This document shows, one piece after another, positions 12,389 through 26,149 of a DNA stretch of 64,000 nt. A model generated the notes under the pieces. The model searched no databases and was not told the DNA's origin. It saw nothing but the letters and a program-made list of their open reading frames with translations. Location: positions 2,269,927 to 2,333,926 of the forward strand of contig OZ316898.1 in assembly GCA_973895155.1 (NCBI GenBank), read 5' to 3'. Made by a program: the position numbers and the translations under genes. This DNA is from Marsupella aquatica. Taxonomy: Eukaryota > Plantae > Marchantiophyta. Numbering within the stretch: the first letter of the stretch is position 1; each line of letters opens with the position of its first letter.

Positions 12389-13500
12389 GTGGAGGGACTC
12401 ACCTTAGAAGCTATGCAAAGTTCTACGAAAGATATGTTGTTTGTTGAAGCTTTCCATGGCGGGGCCCTAATGACAGGTCTCTATCGGTATATTTTGGTTG
12501 GTCTCCTCTTTGCGCTGCGGCCTTTCATCCACTCTTTTGTTGTTGGTTTGGGGCCAATCGTAATCCTTCCGCTTGTTTGGTATTATTTCACCTTTCTTCG
12601 TACTCTTGGAAACTTTCGAGCGAAGGTCGCTCAAGTCTACTGAACATGATGTCGTCGACGATCTACTTATTGTTGTAGCCATATCTGGGCAGGCTGCAGT
12701 GAATGCTGTCCATTGCAAGCCTGATTACGACATGGAACTTTCACTCGACACAAAAAACGTTACCTACGATTTTGCAAAGCACCTCACTAGTCACATCATA
12801 CATGGGTGTGTGTCCTAGATCATCAGATGCCAAGCACTTGCACAGATCAGCCACAATTGAACCCGCGAAAAATACGTTTGGATTCTCTCTAGTAATGGTT
12901 GACATGACTGTACAGTACTAGCTTGGGGTGTACTCATGCTGGCTGGGAACCGATTTGCGGAGAGGAACTACTGTCAGTACTAATATTTTGGCTAATGTTA
13001 TCAAGGCAGGCATGTTCAGACTGGTCAGTGTAAGATCTCTTCAACGGACACTTCTCATTTTAGAAATATTTTGCCATGGCAACAACGAAAGAACAAAGTC
13101 CACTGTACACCGAAAAGCTTGAAGCTTCAATTTTCAAGAATTCAGTTCTGATGTGCTGAAAACGCTGCTCGAAGAAGCCAGGTAGATTCCACACGGTCAT
13201 GTCCTATGCCACATCTTCGAAGTATTCATCCCCATTGAGTCTCCTGTACAGTTGCTATCAAGTCTTGAAAACACACGTGAGGAAACCCTTACTGAACGTA
13301 AGCAGCTCATTTGATAGCCGAGCTTCTTCGAAAAATTTTCTGAGTGAGGTATTTCGTAGAAGGTACACCTGACTATTTGAGGCTTAGTTCTGGATCAGGC
13401 GTCGCTTTAGTGCCCGGAGGATGAGACGAGAGGATACGAATTTCGGACGGACGAAGGTTACACCCAGAAAGCTCTACTGCTTCCTGTCCGCAAAGAATTC
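12389..13500 (+). pseudogene. Possible decayed coding sequence, weakly reminiscent of a P-loop/NB-ARC region
   Basis: Overlapping short + ORFs can be joined through frameshifts (HDVVDDLLIVVAISGQ; FSLVMVDMT..WLG..TTVSTN..NVIKAG..VRSLQ..LEIFC; FSSDVLKTLLEEAR). Confidence 0.3.
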
Positions 13501-14005
13501 TGAACTTGCAATCAGTCACGGTCATTTCAGTCTTTGCACTCCAACCAGCTCACAGACAGACAGATAGATAGTGCTGATTGCTGATGTGAGAGAACACGAT
13601 ATGTTTCCAATTTTCGGTCGCAAGAGAGAAATTTCTGGCATCTGCCACGTTTTATATAGAATGCACATTAAATGACATGTATCACCCTTTTTGAAGGGGT
13701 GTGATTGTTTTTCCATAAGGACACCCTTGCTCATGATGGGGGCAGGGCTGGAAAATGTCCGAAGGCGAAAACTTCAAGGGGTGATCCTCCCCCATGCTAA
13801 CACACCCTAATAACTTAAACCCTCCAAAACATTAATCTACTTACAAGGGATCGAATGCAATTACACATTCCATCGAGGTGAGGGAGGTAAGGTCAAGAAT
13901 CATTCATCCGGTTTGAAGGAAATCTGAGTATGTCTCAGAATGTAAAGGCTACGCAATTTACTCATACGCCAGCTGTGGATCGGTCACGCTATCATGACGA
14001 GAATG

Positions 14006-15637
14006 TCATTGAGAACCAGCTGACAAATCTTCGTCTGCAGACTCGGAACCCTCACCCTCGTCCTCACAGGAGTCGTTGCCATGGGGTGCGTGGCCGCTAC
14101 CAAAAGCTCGAATATGATCCTTCAACGACCTCTTGTGCTTGAAATCTGATCCGCAGATGCAGAACCATAGCTTCCCACAATTTTTCTCGTGCGTCCTCCA
14201 ATCGCCCCGCACCGCAAAGGCTTTACTGCATTTTCTGCAAGTGAATGGCTTCATCCCATGCTTCCGCTTGTAATGGGTCTGCAACGTTCGGAAATCCTTC
14301 AGCGGCTTGGCTCGCGGGTGGTCGATGTTGTTCCTGCATCCTTGAGCGCAGCAGTAGCATGGTAGCCTCAACATCGCTGTAGGTTGCGTCCCGCGAAGCG
14401 ACTCCGGTCCCTTCCTGTATTGAGAGCCGTGTCCCCACATGTGCATCTGTAAACAACAATCGTTGAACCAAGAGCATTATTAACGATCATGGAGAAAACA
14501 GTAGGAGTCAAAATATATCCTGTTGCCTCAGACTGGAGACTCTCTCTCGTATGTCGCAAGTAAGTTTTTTCTAAATGAGAACAATGCTAAAAATACAAAC
14601 GTAATTTGCTTGCGTGTATTGCATTTCTAAAACCTAATGAGACGCATTTTTGGACAAGAATGTTCAATGTTGGATCCCCAGGTGGGCATTTGGAAAACTT
14701 ATCGATGGAAAGGACACAACCCTTTCTACAAGTTCTGATCAAACCCTTCCGTTACAGTCTTATTTGAACAGAAGGCATGATCCACAAAACAAGGTGACGA
14801 ATCAGTATTCAAATTTACCTGCATGTTGTTGTAGCGGTTGAAAGTCTTGGCGCAAACTGGACATGAGAACTGAGTTGGCCCGACGAGTATCTGAGCAGGT
14901 GTGGGGATCCAGTACTGGCCTTCGGGGAGCCTTCCCCGAGCTCTGTTGAATCGATCCTTTTCAAGAGCACTCATGCTGGAGACGTCGTAGAGTCCGGATC
15001 CCGTCATCGGTGCTCCAACATCTCCCCCAGGTGGACTCCTCACGGTCACCAAATTCGCTTCAGAAGAAGACGGGGGTCCGATGTGCAACGCCACCGTGAC
15101 ATTTTCGTCACATTCATCTTCGTCCATGGGCCTCGAAGAACAGCTCGCACTCGGGAGCAGAATAGCCGTATGAAGAGTGGGCTCTTCCACGTTTGTCGTC
15201 CGAGAGGATGGAGTTGGAGGAGGGTTGTTCACCGGGGGACTGAGGCTCAGAAAGGGAAGAGTCCTCGACGACGATGAGCATGACGCTGCTCGGGGCGGGG
15301 AGGAACACCGCTGCCGTTGCTGGCTGTTGTATTGAGACTGAGCTTGCTGGAAAAACTGTTGGTTCGCATCGAAGTACTGTTGTTGACCGAAATGGTGATG
15401 AGATGCAGCAGCAGCTGAGGGTGACGGATCGGTATTATTTGCGGCCGATGCTGCGCCGCGCAAACTGAAGAACGAGCCAGCACTCTCGAGGTCCCCATAC
15501 GGAATGGCCACTGGCAATTGAGACACGGTCGGAGCAAGGTGTGGTGTGAGCCATTCCCCTAAACTTCTGTTGTGCTCCAGAATGGAGCTCAGGGACCGGG
15601 GCACCGCCACCGAGCTCTGGGAGTGGTACCTGCTCAT
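14006..15637 (-). CDS. WIP: WIP-domain C2H2 zinc-finger transcription factor (TT1/NTT/MpWIP family); exons 15637-14819 and 14446-14006; about 419 aa
   Basis: Signature [34 protein letters not shown]|[22 protein letters not shown]...[22 protein letters not shown]...[36 protein letters not shown]. Phase-0 GT-AG intron at 14818-14447, at the position conserved in the family. N-terminal [10 protein letters not shown] motif and Q/S/P-rich region. Confidence 0.97.
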
Positions 15638-16600
15638 GGTGATTCACGTGACCCAAGCTTGAAAACCTTCGCACTAAAATAGTTTCGACTAGAAGTTGAC
15701 CCGAAACGCACCAAATTTGAAACCAACGAGAATCTTCGTTACTTATTCTGCAGGCCTTCGCACAGCAAACTATATCGAAATCCTTAAACTAGAACCGCCC
15801 ATCCCACCCAGTCGACCACTTCGGATGTCACAACACAGACTTCCGAACCCATGCTTGTGATCTCCTTTCGGTCTATGCACCCAGCACCCAGCACCCAGCC
15901 TTTCCAGACCACCTTCCTTTTGGAAACCGTAATTTTGCTTCGATCCCTGTACTAGTCCCTTATTCGAACATTCGTCCTGAGGATTATGTCACACCGACCA
16001 GCAGGTTAAAAACTGGAACGTACGAGGAGTAGCCTTCTCGTTCGAAACTGCGTCTAGCTGTAAACAAATTGAACAAGTGGTGACGGTTGTGTATCGAAGA
16101 TGAGCGAGAAACTGGGACGTACGAAGAGTAGCTTTCTCGTTCGAAACAACGCCTCTAGCTTCCAACAAATTGAATACGCGGTCACGCTTGGGGATCGAGG
16201 ATGAGTGAGAAACTGGGAAAGTCTGGAACCCTCGGGAGGAATTAGTGGATGCAGGAATGATGATGGCTATTGACTATCTATTGATTGCTGGCTGCAATCC
16301 TGGAGTCCAGCAGGTTCCGGGCTGAGTTGAATGGGGCGCTTGCACGAGTTGGGTGACTCTAGGATCTCTCGACAAGCTGAGGGTAATCATAAGTCAGCTG
16401 ACGATTGAGTGAGAGTCGCCGTTTTGAGTGTGGGGAATTGAGAGCTCCGAGCGAGAGAGAGCGAGAGATAGATTACTCAGAGGTTTGTGTTGCGAGGTTT
16501 GTATTTGGGAGGCGCAGGAAAGTTTGGAAGAGACTGCGCGGAGCTGTGCAGATAAACTTTTAGAGCGGGAGCGGGCTGGCGGAGGAAAGTTTTTAAGGGG
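15638..16600 (-). promoter_or_regulatory. Putative long 5' leader and core promoter of WIP
   Basis: Minus-strand TATA-like CCTTAAAAA at about 16590-16598, followed by a CT-rich patch at about 16440-16473. The inferred leader contains four uORFs and a ~100-bp tandem duplication. Confidence 0.5.
16010..16217. repeat. ~100-bp tandem duplication (2 units plus the start of a third) in the WIP leader
   Basis: AAACTGG.ACGTACGA.GAGTAGC.TTCTCGTTCGAAAC...CTAGCT...AACAAATTGAA...ATCGA.GATGAG.GAG starts at 16010 and 16109. AAACTGG recurs at 16210. Confidence 0.9.
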
Positions 16601-18904
16601 CAGCCCGGACTGGTGCCCTGAGCCGTAGATCGGCGCAAGATTTGGGTTCCCTCGGATTTCCGTCGGGCAGGAGGGAAAAAGTGGGGGAGGCCTGGAATTT
16701 TCTTCTCGATATTTTATAGCTCTGTCTCCATTCCACTCAGAGGAGACCGCTGCCCGGCTGTCGCGCCGGCCGACAATCTCTGCCCCCTACCGTCCAAAGC
16801 ATTTGCACCCTCTGCTGCCCGTGGCTTTTCAGAGCAGCGAAATAACAGTCGGGTCGGGGAAAAAAGTTCCCCTGCTGGTCCGAAATTGAGCCTTGTCATC
16901 GCCATAGCCATCGCCATAGTACTTACTCGGGCAGGGCAGGGCAGGGTACACCCATAATTAGTGTGACTGCCCGTTCTTCAAATTTTTACTGACTCTGTAC
17001 CGATTACAAATATATTTTAAATTACTACTGTTCTCACTGCCCTCCAAAAAGGGGATGGGCATAGGTGGTCCACGACGCGACAAAGGCTGACCCTGGGCAG
17101 TCTGGGGCAGGCCAGGCCAGGGCAGGGCAGGCAGTCTGGGCTGGGTTGGGCATGGTCAGAAACGGCACTTTGCACTTGACAACAAAGATATGAGTAGAGC
17201 TAACCCATGACCGCAAGAGGGATATGAGATGTAACCCCAGGTTGTCCCCTAGTTACAATGTATTAGCAAGCATCAGTGCTGAGTGTACTTTACTCTATTT
17301 TGACCTGAAAATTGTAACTGGAATTGGATAATCCTTCAGGCTGGCTAGCCAAAGGGGCTGGAATCTCATAACCCGGGTAATGGCTCACTACCACCCATAG
17401 AAAGACAAAGAAAAAAGTGAAATGGGGTTTGTGTGTTCATATGCGCCAGTCTTGGGGTGCCTTGCCGCAGCTGCCCCTTTTGCACCCACTTTCAAAGGCA
17501 AGACCCTCACAAAACAAGAGAAAACAGTCACACAAAAGAGCTCTTAAGAGTTTGCTTCCATCCTTGTTTCACTAAAGTTCCTCTTATATAGTTAAAGGTT
17601 TCCTTCTCTAACTGAGAATATTTGAACACTGGCAAATGCAAATTCAAATGATTAGTTTTGGAGATGCATATTTCCTCAAGCTCAGGGTTTCAAAGCTGCA
17701 AAGATAATTTTGAGCCTCTAGCAACCTCAAATTTGAGGTTCAGCATCTGATGAGAACAGTGTCTAGAAATCATGGGATTCTTGAGTTCCTGTGATAGAAT
17801 TGCAATCTCAAAATCAGAGCCTGGCAAAACATGGGAAAGACCATGATTGTGACATGTGATAGTTTATCCCACCTAAAACAAAATAATATATTGTTTTCTA
17901 GGTTCTCATAATACCAGAATTTGGCATTTGTTGAAGAAAGCCCAATTTGCAGAGCCTGGAAAAGAATTAAAAAGACTCATCAAGCCATTGCCACCTTTCC
18001 ACCTGACCATGGTTTTGAATTTTGGGCTTTCCAGTGAAGACTCTAACCTAAGCAGCACTTTGGTTCTGTTCTATTACACCTACCTGGAAGGGTTGGCAGG
18101 AGTAGTGGTCTAGCCAAGTGAGGTTTTTAGGAAAAATGCACTTGGCTGACCTCACTGAGTAGCACACAACCTACTAAATAATGGGGAACAACTGATACCT
18201 GATTAGGATAACATGTGAAGTTGCGAGGCTCAATCTTTCACTATGTTTTCCAGGCTCTCATGTGGCTGCAACACAAGAACAATTGTAAAAACGTTTTAAA
18301 AAACACTCTAATGAACTAATTGAACCATATAAATTGGAGAATTATTATTGTGAAACTCATGCGGTCAGCACCGACAGTAGTTTACTGTGATTACGCTAAG
18401 CCTAGAGAATATACAAAACCAAATAAAATTGATGCTGGCCCAAATCTCTAAACCTATCTCTAAACCTACTCAAGCTTTGAACTTGAAAAGTAGGCCACTA
18501 AATGCCTAAAACTAGTCAAGCTTCAAACTTGAAAAGTAGGACCCTGGGCCTGGGGTTGACGAAGTTAGGATGCTATGTCTTTTCTTCTCCTAATTTGTGT
18601 TATAAACACCTGATTTTACTTGGATCCTACTGTTTCCAAAAGTCTGGTCAAAATAATATGAAAAAACATAAATTGAATCACACATGGCCCTACAGTTTTC
18701 TTGTAGTTAACCCCAGCCCTGGACCAGTCCAATGTGTAATTCATTTAAGGCTGGAGAGTAGGAGAAAAAATGGCCTTTGGTACATGGACTGGAAATTCAA
18801 TTCTAGTACCAATGTACCAATACACAGCAAGCTTGACTCTGGCTGCCAGACCAAACCCACATAAGCAAGCAGGTTGAGGGGGGGAGGGGGGGACGCATCT
18901 ATTT

Positions 18905-19122
18905 CATGAACATTTGGCTCAACAAAGGTGATGGTCATTAGGCTTACCACCATGTTCATCATTTAATTGTAAATAAACTGGGAATAGACTACTTCTAGTA
19001 AAAGATAGTTTTTGCCCCTTTAAATTTACAATTGACCATTTAGGTGTAGAATATTGTACCATAGTGTACATTTTGCAGTTAAAAGTCTATATGTAGGGAC
19101 CAAAAAGTGAGCATTTAGAGGA
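18905..19122 (+). repeat. Diverged internal fragment of the 1224-1566 TIR element family
   Basis: Shares TACCACCATGTTCATCATTT, GTAAATAAACT, CTTCTAGT, TTTACAATTGA.CATTTAGGTGTAGA, TACCATAGTGTAC and GACCAAAAAGTGA.CATTTAGAGG with about 1350-1520. Confidence 0.85.
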
Positions 19123-20564
19123 CTGCATGAGTAGTCATGGGTGGAATCCGTGAGGGGCTTGCAATATTTTATCAATCCAGATAGTTTCAGTTCCAACGAT
19201 GAGCCAGAGCACTTCCACAATAAAGCTGGACACTCCAACAGTGTGTAGACCAACCCCCCAGGTAGTGTGCCCACTTTATGCTTACAAATTCTGGCTTTGG
19301 TAAATGTTATTTTACAAAGACATCTATGCAGGTTTGCAATAGACCATCCAGATGAGCATCTAGTCAAACTTAAGCTCCCATACACGACAAGGTTGACAAG
19401 ATGCTCCTGAAGATGGCCTATTGCACCCGGTATAAATGGGTTTGAAATTTTATCAGTCAAATTGTACCTTCTTCTGATATATAATTACCTTTATGAGTGG
19501 CAAATAGTTTGGTCTACTGGAGTCCTGAAGGCAAACCTTGCTCCATCAAAGTACTGAACGGTCCCATAGTTGTGCTGAAGCATTTTCTACTTGCAACCTG
19601 AACTACAAGTGAAACCCAGGCAATTTTGTAAACTGACCTGATTGATGTTACATTTGATTTGAAGTCAAGTTCATAGTGACTCTGGACTTTAGTGAGGCCC
19701 CAGGAGTGACACTGAAGCTCCTAGATAATGGCCCTTTTATTTAAAGCGGGCTCCCTGGGGTCTCAAGGACCTGTTGCACCTCTCTTCTCCCTTCAAATCT
19801 CTCCCTCCATACAGTCATAGTTTAGAGAGGCCGCAAATATGGGACACAACAAGAACAGTAGACCAAGTGCAGGAGGCAACAAGGCCTGATGCCTTCTCCC
19901 AATTGCTACAGATGAGAAAGGAGGTGGCAAAGAAACATCACGTAATTTCTTAAACCCTCAAACATCAAGACTGCAGTGCAGGAGGACTTTGGGGTTGTAG
20001 TTTTGCCAAGCAAAGCGGGACATCATGGAGAAGCTTCATCTCTCTATGTTTTGTGCCTTATCTCTTCTTCGTTTCATTCAGCAGCATCAGGCCTTCACCT
20101 TCATGTGCTTGTTGACTCCCTAGACCATGAACCCCTAAGGGCCCCATCAAGTCTTATGGTGGAAAAGAGGAAAACGTTGAAAACTTCCCTGACATCTGCC
20201 AAGTTTTGGCCTGCCTTCTATTCTACTTGCCGGAATTTCAAGGTTATCCTTAAATCTTGGGAGATTTAACGATCCAAATTTATCAATGAAAAACAACTAG
20301 GTAAGAAATATTTTTAGCATCTTCTCTTTCACACCAAAAAAATGACAATCGTCTCCCTAGGACAATGACCCTCGCCTACGTTGCCAAATAATCTCAGAGT
20401 CACATAGATAAGGAATATTTAGATAGAGAACATTCAACACCCTGGGCCAAAACGAGAAAATCTTTAAAATGAAGACCTTAAAAACTTACCGTGGCCTACT
20501 TTGCTTGCCTACTTTGCCTGCCTGTCTGCTGGAGCTGGTTGCTAGCCTAGCAGCTACCCTACCA

Positions 20565-20599
20565 TAGCCTAGCCTAGCCTAGCCTAGCCTAGCCTAGCC
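20565..20599. repeat. (TAGCC)7 microsatellite
   Basis: Seen directly. Confidence 0.95.
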
Positions 20600-23500
20600 A
20601 TCTGCTGCTCTAGACTCTAGTGCCTCACCTCGTAGTGGAATGGAGTTCAGTCCAGCGTGAAGCAAGCGAAGTGAATGCTACCCAGAGAGTGGGGCCAAGC
20701 TGTCGGCTCCAGTCGGCAATCTGGGGGACAAGAGCTAGATAGGCAATTAAGAGAGTCGAATAAGGGACGAAAGGTAGAGAAGGACAAGGCAGAGGACCTA
20801 ACAAGCAATAAATAATCGCAATCACAGGTCAGTCATGATGATGGCTATGGCGGATCGAGCGAGCGATCCCACTTTTCTTTCTTGTCTACAGGAATTATTC
20901 AGGAAAGCTGCACTAGCTCTGGCCTCTGGCAATCAGATTCTGCAGGCTCATTCGTGGAGCTCTCGTTCGTAATCTTCTCGTCCATCATTCCTCTGACTCC
21001 ATAAGGAATGATTGAATCTTCTTACAAGAGAGATGACACAATAATTGATGGGGTTGTAAACCCAAAGGACTTTGAATGGGACTTGGAGTGTTAAATTTAC
21101 TTGATGAGGTGCTTTCTTAACGAGAGAGTATTTTGAGCCCAGCTAGGGAATTTGAAACTTGAAACCACCCTTGAGTAAACCAACACTTTTTGCCTCGATT
21201 GGACTTGAAGTGTTCTCGTTGTTGACCAGAGTGTATCCTGACCCCATCGACAATAGTGAGTCGAAACTTTAAACCCCCATTAAAACATGCATGTGTCGTT
21301 TGAATCTTGTAAACCCCATCAAAACATAATTTTGGCGTTACACCCAGTTAAGCAAATTTTACACTTCTCAACTTGATGACAATCTCAGAAACGCAAATTT
21401 GGTCGACCTTGGAGAGGACCTGTCCATCCTCTTCAAAATAATCTATGAGATATCACTAACACTTGCTTGTGACACCACCCATATATATGCTCTCCATAAC
21501 TTATTTGTGAGGCATGCATTTACTCTTGGGTCTAGAGTTACTAGGTATCACAGTCAGTCAAACTATAGTCGGGTACTTGAGTAAGATTAGATAATCCACT
21601 ACTATATTCACTAGCATGATTTAGCTTGTGAATGGATATTCCACTCACTGTTGCAGAGCTATGTAAGAAACAAAGAGCTCTTAGACAGCAGAGACTCTGT
21701 ATGACCAACAAGCTTAGAGTTCCCTACAATTATCTTGTGTATTCCCGTAGATGTAGACTCTGATGAGATGAATCACATATCTCTAGTGTCGACTATTTGT
21801 TTGTTAGAAGTTTGACATGCGCCTGGTATCTATGAATGGTCCATTGCTCACACTATTTCTTACAAACAAATCTAGTTCCTCTTAGCAATTAGCTCTTTCC
21901 AAAGAGTTAAAAATGAGATATTAATTAACTTGCATTACAACACTGACATAAGTTCTTGTGAGGAGGGATTAGCAATGTAAACAAAGGTTAAATGGATGCT
22001 TCCCAAAACAACATGTCATTTCATTGTCCTGTGCAAGTCACATGAAAGTAAAGGGAGTGTCTCATCTCTTTTGTTGGGCCCCTCAATTGACATATTCTCT
22101 CCTTTCATTCATTGACCTGGATAGAATATAAAATTAAAGTGTGCGCCTGGAAATGGGGTCAAAGTAAGCTACATTTATTAGAAAGCTGTCATGATCTACC
22201 TTTAGCTACTTTAAAGTTTATGCGTAGACTCAGAACTGCTTTGGGAATATATAGTTCTCATTCTCTACTCTACCTTGGTATTCTTTTTTGCGCTCTAAGC
22301 CCTGTTTGATGCACTCATTGTGTGAACTTTCCCTAATCCTTTCAAATGTGCTTTGTGTGGACAGTTTGACTGTTTTGGCCTTCTCTGTGGCCAATATAAT
22401 CATCTCTAATCATTTTCTCCTGCACTTTACTATCTGTAAGTCTTTGATCAACTTTTCTCTTCACTTTAATTACAGAGAAAAGAAAAATACCCAGCCAATG
22501 CTAAAAAAACAATTTCCATAGAAGATGACTATTTTCAAGACCCCATTGGGACAACCCAAATCCATTTGGATGATCTAACTTGATTCCTGAGCTATTATTA
22601 TAGCTGACCATGCCAACAATATATGTCAGCTTTTGATGGCTTTGAAGATTTTTGTTCTTCAGTTTGCCGGATTTGGTCGACAATTTTAAGGTACAATGGG
22701 AATGTTGGGAACTGATCAAATAGGAATCATTTTCTTTTCAAAAAAGTGGACAAACTCAATTTCATTGCAAAAGATGCAACAGCCAAAAAGGGCTAAAGCC
22801 TATACTAACAAGTAAAGAAGCAGAAAGCTGCCAACTAGGCACATGTAAATCTATGTTAGATACTTCTGCCAGATTTATATCACACTGCCAAAGAACAAAA
22901 AGCCGGAGACAGGATCTTAAAAGGCAGCCAGGAGACCCCATAAACTGACCAAACCCCACTAACACAATATCAATGGCACAAGGGAGAATCCTCTAAGTAA
23001 CCTATTCTAACTGAAGTATCCTCAACATATGATAAAAGCAATCTCTAATTATTTAGTCTACAAACCATAGGTCTAAGGTTCTTGTTCGAGATGACCACTT
23101 GATAACCAAAGATACTAACCCAAAGGTGTGTATGTATGCACTCAGGGCTCCCCATATGCAGTCTCCCCATGCCCGAGTGACCCTACTTACAACTATAGTC
23201 TACATAGAGAAAAACAATTTACATAGAGAACACAAACATACTTTAGCAAATGTATTTCCAATTTATTCTGAGTGAGCCCTGCGGATGGGGAGAACCTGCA
23301 AGCTAGAGAGGCTTGTAAGAAAGAGTAGAACAACAACTTCAGAAAGGGAAGATTTGTGAGGGCTTAGTACTGATTAGAACACAGACATACTTAGACAAAA
23401 GAGAAAGAAATTTCAAAACATCATGCAAACCCTGTGCATAAGTTGTGTGAAGCAAACTAAAGACGGACGGTATGGTTGAAACTCAAACCTGAAGACATGA

Positions 23501-26149
23501 ACCATATTGTCTTCACTTAAAAACTCATAGTTTGTGCCATGGTTGTCATTGGTCTGCAGCAGCTCCCCCAATGGTGTAGTTAGTCATTCAACATGGTTTT
23601 TACTCTAAATTGTACAGTAGCTCTTATCTACAACTATAATAAAGGATTCCGTCTTTTCTTTTTTTGTTCTTCATCCCAATACAAAAAGTTCCTGGATGGG
23701 AAAGATTCACAGTCGTTGAATTTGATTAGCTGTTTTACTTGACTATTGATGGAGTAAATGTGCACCCCTGGCACATATGTGCTTCCCATTGCCTCATAAA
23801 TGCCCCGGCCTGGCTCCCTGTGGTGGGTTGGCCCTCCTTGCACAATGCAAGGCACTGGCATAGGGCTTGTTGATGATAATATCAAGCTAAATCTCTTTAT
23901 AATAATTTTACAAGAACATATGATACAAAAATATTAGAAAGAGACTAGTTTATAACAAAAATTCCATAAGAACCTATAAGTAAATATTTGTTGACGGTCC
24001 CATCAAACATATACCTCCCTCTTTCCCTGGTCCCTACATGTTGCCGCCCACTCCTCTCAAGTCCATTTTGGGGCAAGTGTTGATTAGGCAATCACTCTAA
24101 GACACGTTCATGGTACTAAATGAGTTAAGCAACAGTTTGAGATCGAAAAATCTTATCTGATCTCTTTATTACTTGGTCCATTGTTCTCATGGTCAATGGC
24201 CCGACCAGCCTCACTGAGGTACGATAATGTTCTCTCATGCTTGTTCCGTTGGCCTACCCTCATGAATAAGTAGAGTATCTACTTTTATATTCTTCCTCGA
24301 GATATTAAAGGCATTATGTCTCGTTGGAAACATTCCTTTTAAACTATTGGGATCATTATCTAAATTGTCGCCCCACTGAAGCAAAGAACGTGAAACTAGG
24401 GGTAGTTGAGTTTAATGTCCTGGGCATGTACCAAATCACCATAACTAGACATAAAATGGAATACATACAATACTATTATCACATGAAAAGTTCTTACAGT
24501 AGTGAGACGACTATATTCCCCTGGACATTCTTTGAAAATTGATTTTTTCAAGTTTTCAAGTCCCTTAACAGTTAATATGTACGACGCTGTAATATGAAGA
24601 GGACGAACTGGGTACTCAAATTTGCTACAAGACATCTTTGAAATATCGACTTCGGTTTAATTGAAGAACAAATGAGTGAGGAATGATTGACTCAATGACC
24701 CAAAATTAATTTCTCTAGGTGTATAATTGTTTGCTAATCGTCTGGTTCTCTGGAATGATCTTTGATAGGTACGAAATGATTGGGATTTATGTTTTCACGG
24801 CTAACTTTTCATGTGCACTAGTCAATCTTTGCTTCTCATGTTTAGTAAGATAATTATTTAAGCCACCATTTGCCCCTTACGGCTAACTTGTAGGATTACA
24901 AAATGGTCACGATTTACACACTTTTTTGTTTTGATATGAAAAACATTTCTGACTAATTATGATCAACTGGATACACCAAGTTGTGTCAGTAGATAGGGGT
25001 AGTTTAAGTCATATAGGGTCTTATATCTTCACCATTAGATTTCCTAATCTGAATAATAATGAGTCTTTAAATTGGTGAATCTTTGATGGAAATGAAAAAA
25101 CTGTTCTTTATACCAACTCGCTAGGCATCCGAGCGGGTCCTAATCTGGCACGTTTTCACCAATATAATTTTCAGTGCTGTGTTTTCTGGAGTAGATAAAT
25201 ATGATTATGACAACTTTACAATTATTCTGTTGAAGAGGACCTTGGGGATGTATGCCCCACCCTTGTTCTTTTTGTTATAATTCTGCCCTCTTTTATGTAG
25301 GCGTCAATTGTTTTAGGCTCTTTGTTTCCATGGAGATATGTATCACATTGCCAGAATACCAGAACCTCCATACCAGGAGACTAGGTCCAAAGGGTGCAAA
25401 AGATCCAGAGGCAGCATTCCTAGGAGATTCTTTGCCGTGCACCTTTGTTTTGTTGACTGGTTGTTTGAGGCTTTCAGTAGGACTCTTTGGTCAGAGTTCT
25501 TGGCCAGGTTGTGTTCAATCTGCTTTTGTTCCTAGGGGCTGTTTATACTTCCTCTGTGTTATAAAATCAGCCTTCTACTTGTGACCGTATCAGTTTAGTG
25601 GCCCTTTCACTAACTTCCCTCCCACAAAAAATACAATTTTGCCTGATTTCTTGCTTGCAACTCAATGTGATAATTAACCCAACTGTTATGCTCAGATGAC
25701 ACCATACTATGCAATTAAAGTCTAGGGTTCATGGCCTATTCCTAGAGTGAAACAATGACCTTAATGTGTTTGGTAGCAAAAAGTTTTGATACTTACAGTA
25801 CACTTTGGAGTAGGAATGAACAAGGGGAGTCCCTTCCTGTGCATAGGCTAAGATATTTGTTTTTATTAAGATGGATCAGAGTGAGCTTCATTCTCATCCA
25901 AATAGGATTTTTGTATCTCATCCAAGTTCAAGGTTTGGGATAGAGATCCAGTCAGGGGCTGATGGCTTATGGTATTGATCATTGTGAGGTCCAAATTTCT
26001 TCAAAGCAGAACTTTAGTTGGAATGCTCAGTATTTATTTTCTGACCTCCAACTATGGCTCACGTTCACAACTTGGCTAACTCAATCCTCGACCACGTCAG
26101 GTGCTCATAAATGTTTGAGGCTCGGGACGACACCAAAAGCATGAGCAGG

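Noticed and set aside
23808-23821. 14-nt match (GCCTGGCTCCCTGT) to miR160
   Set aside because: The 3' part of miR160 is absent and no complementary star arm is visible; probably chance.
25228-25626. Possible second solo LTR (TGTTG...CA)
   Set aside because: No matching target-site duplication found.
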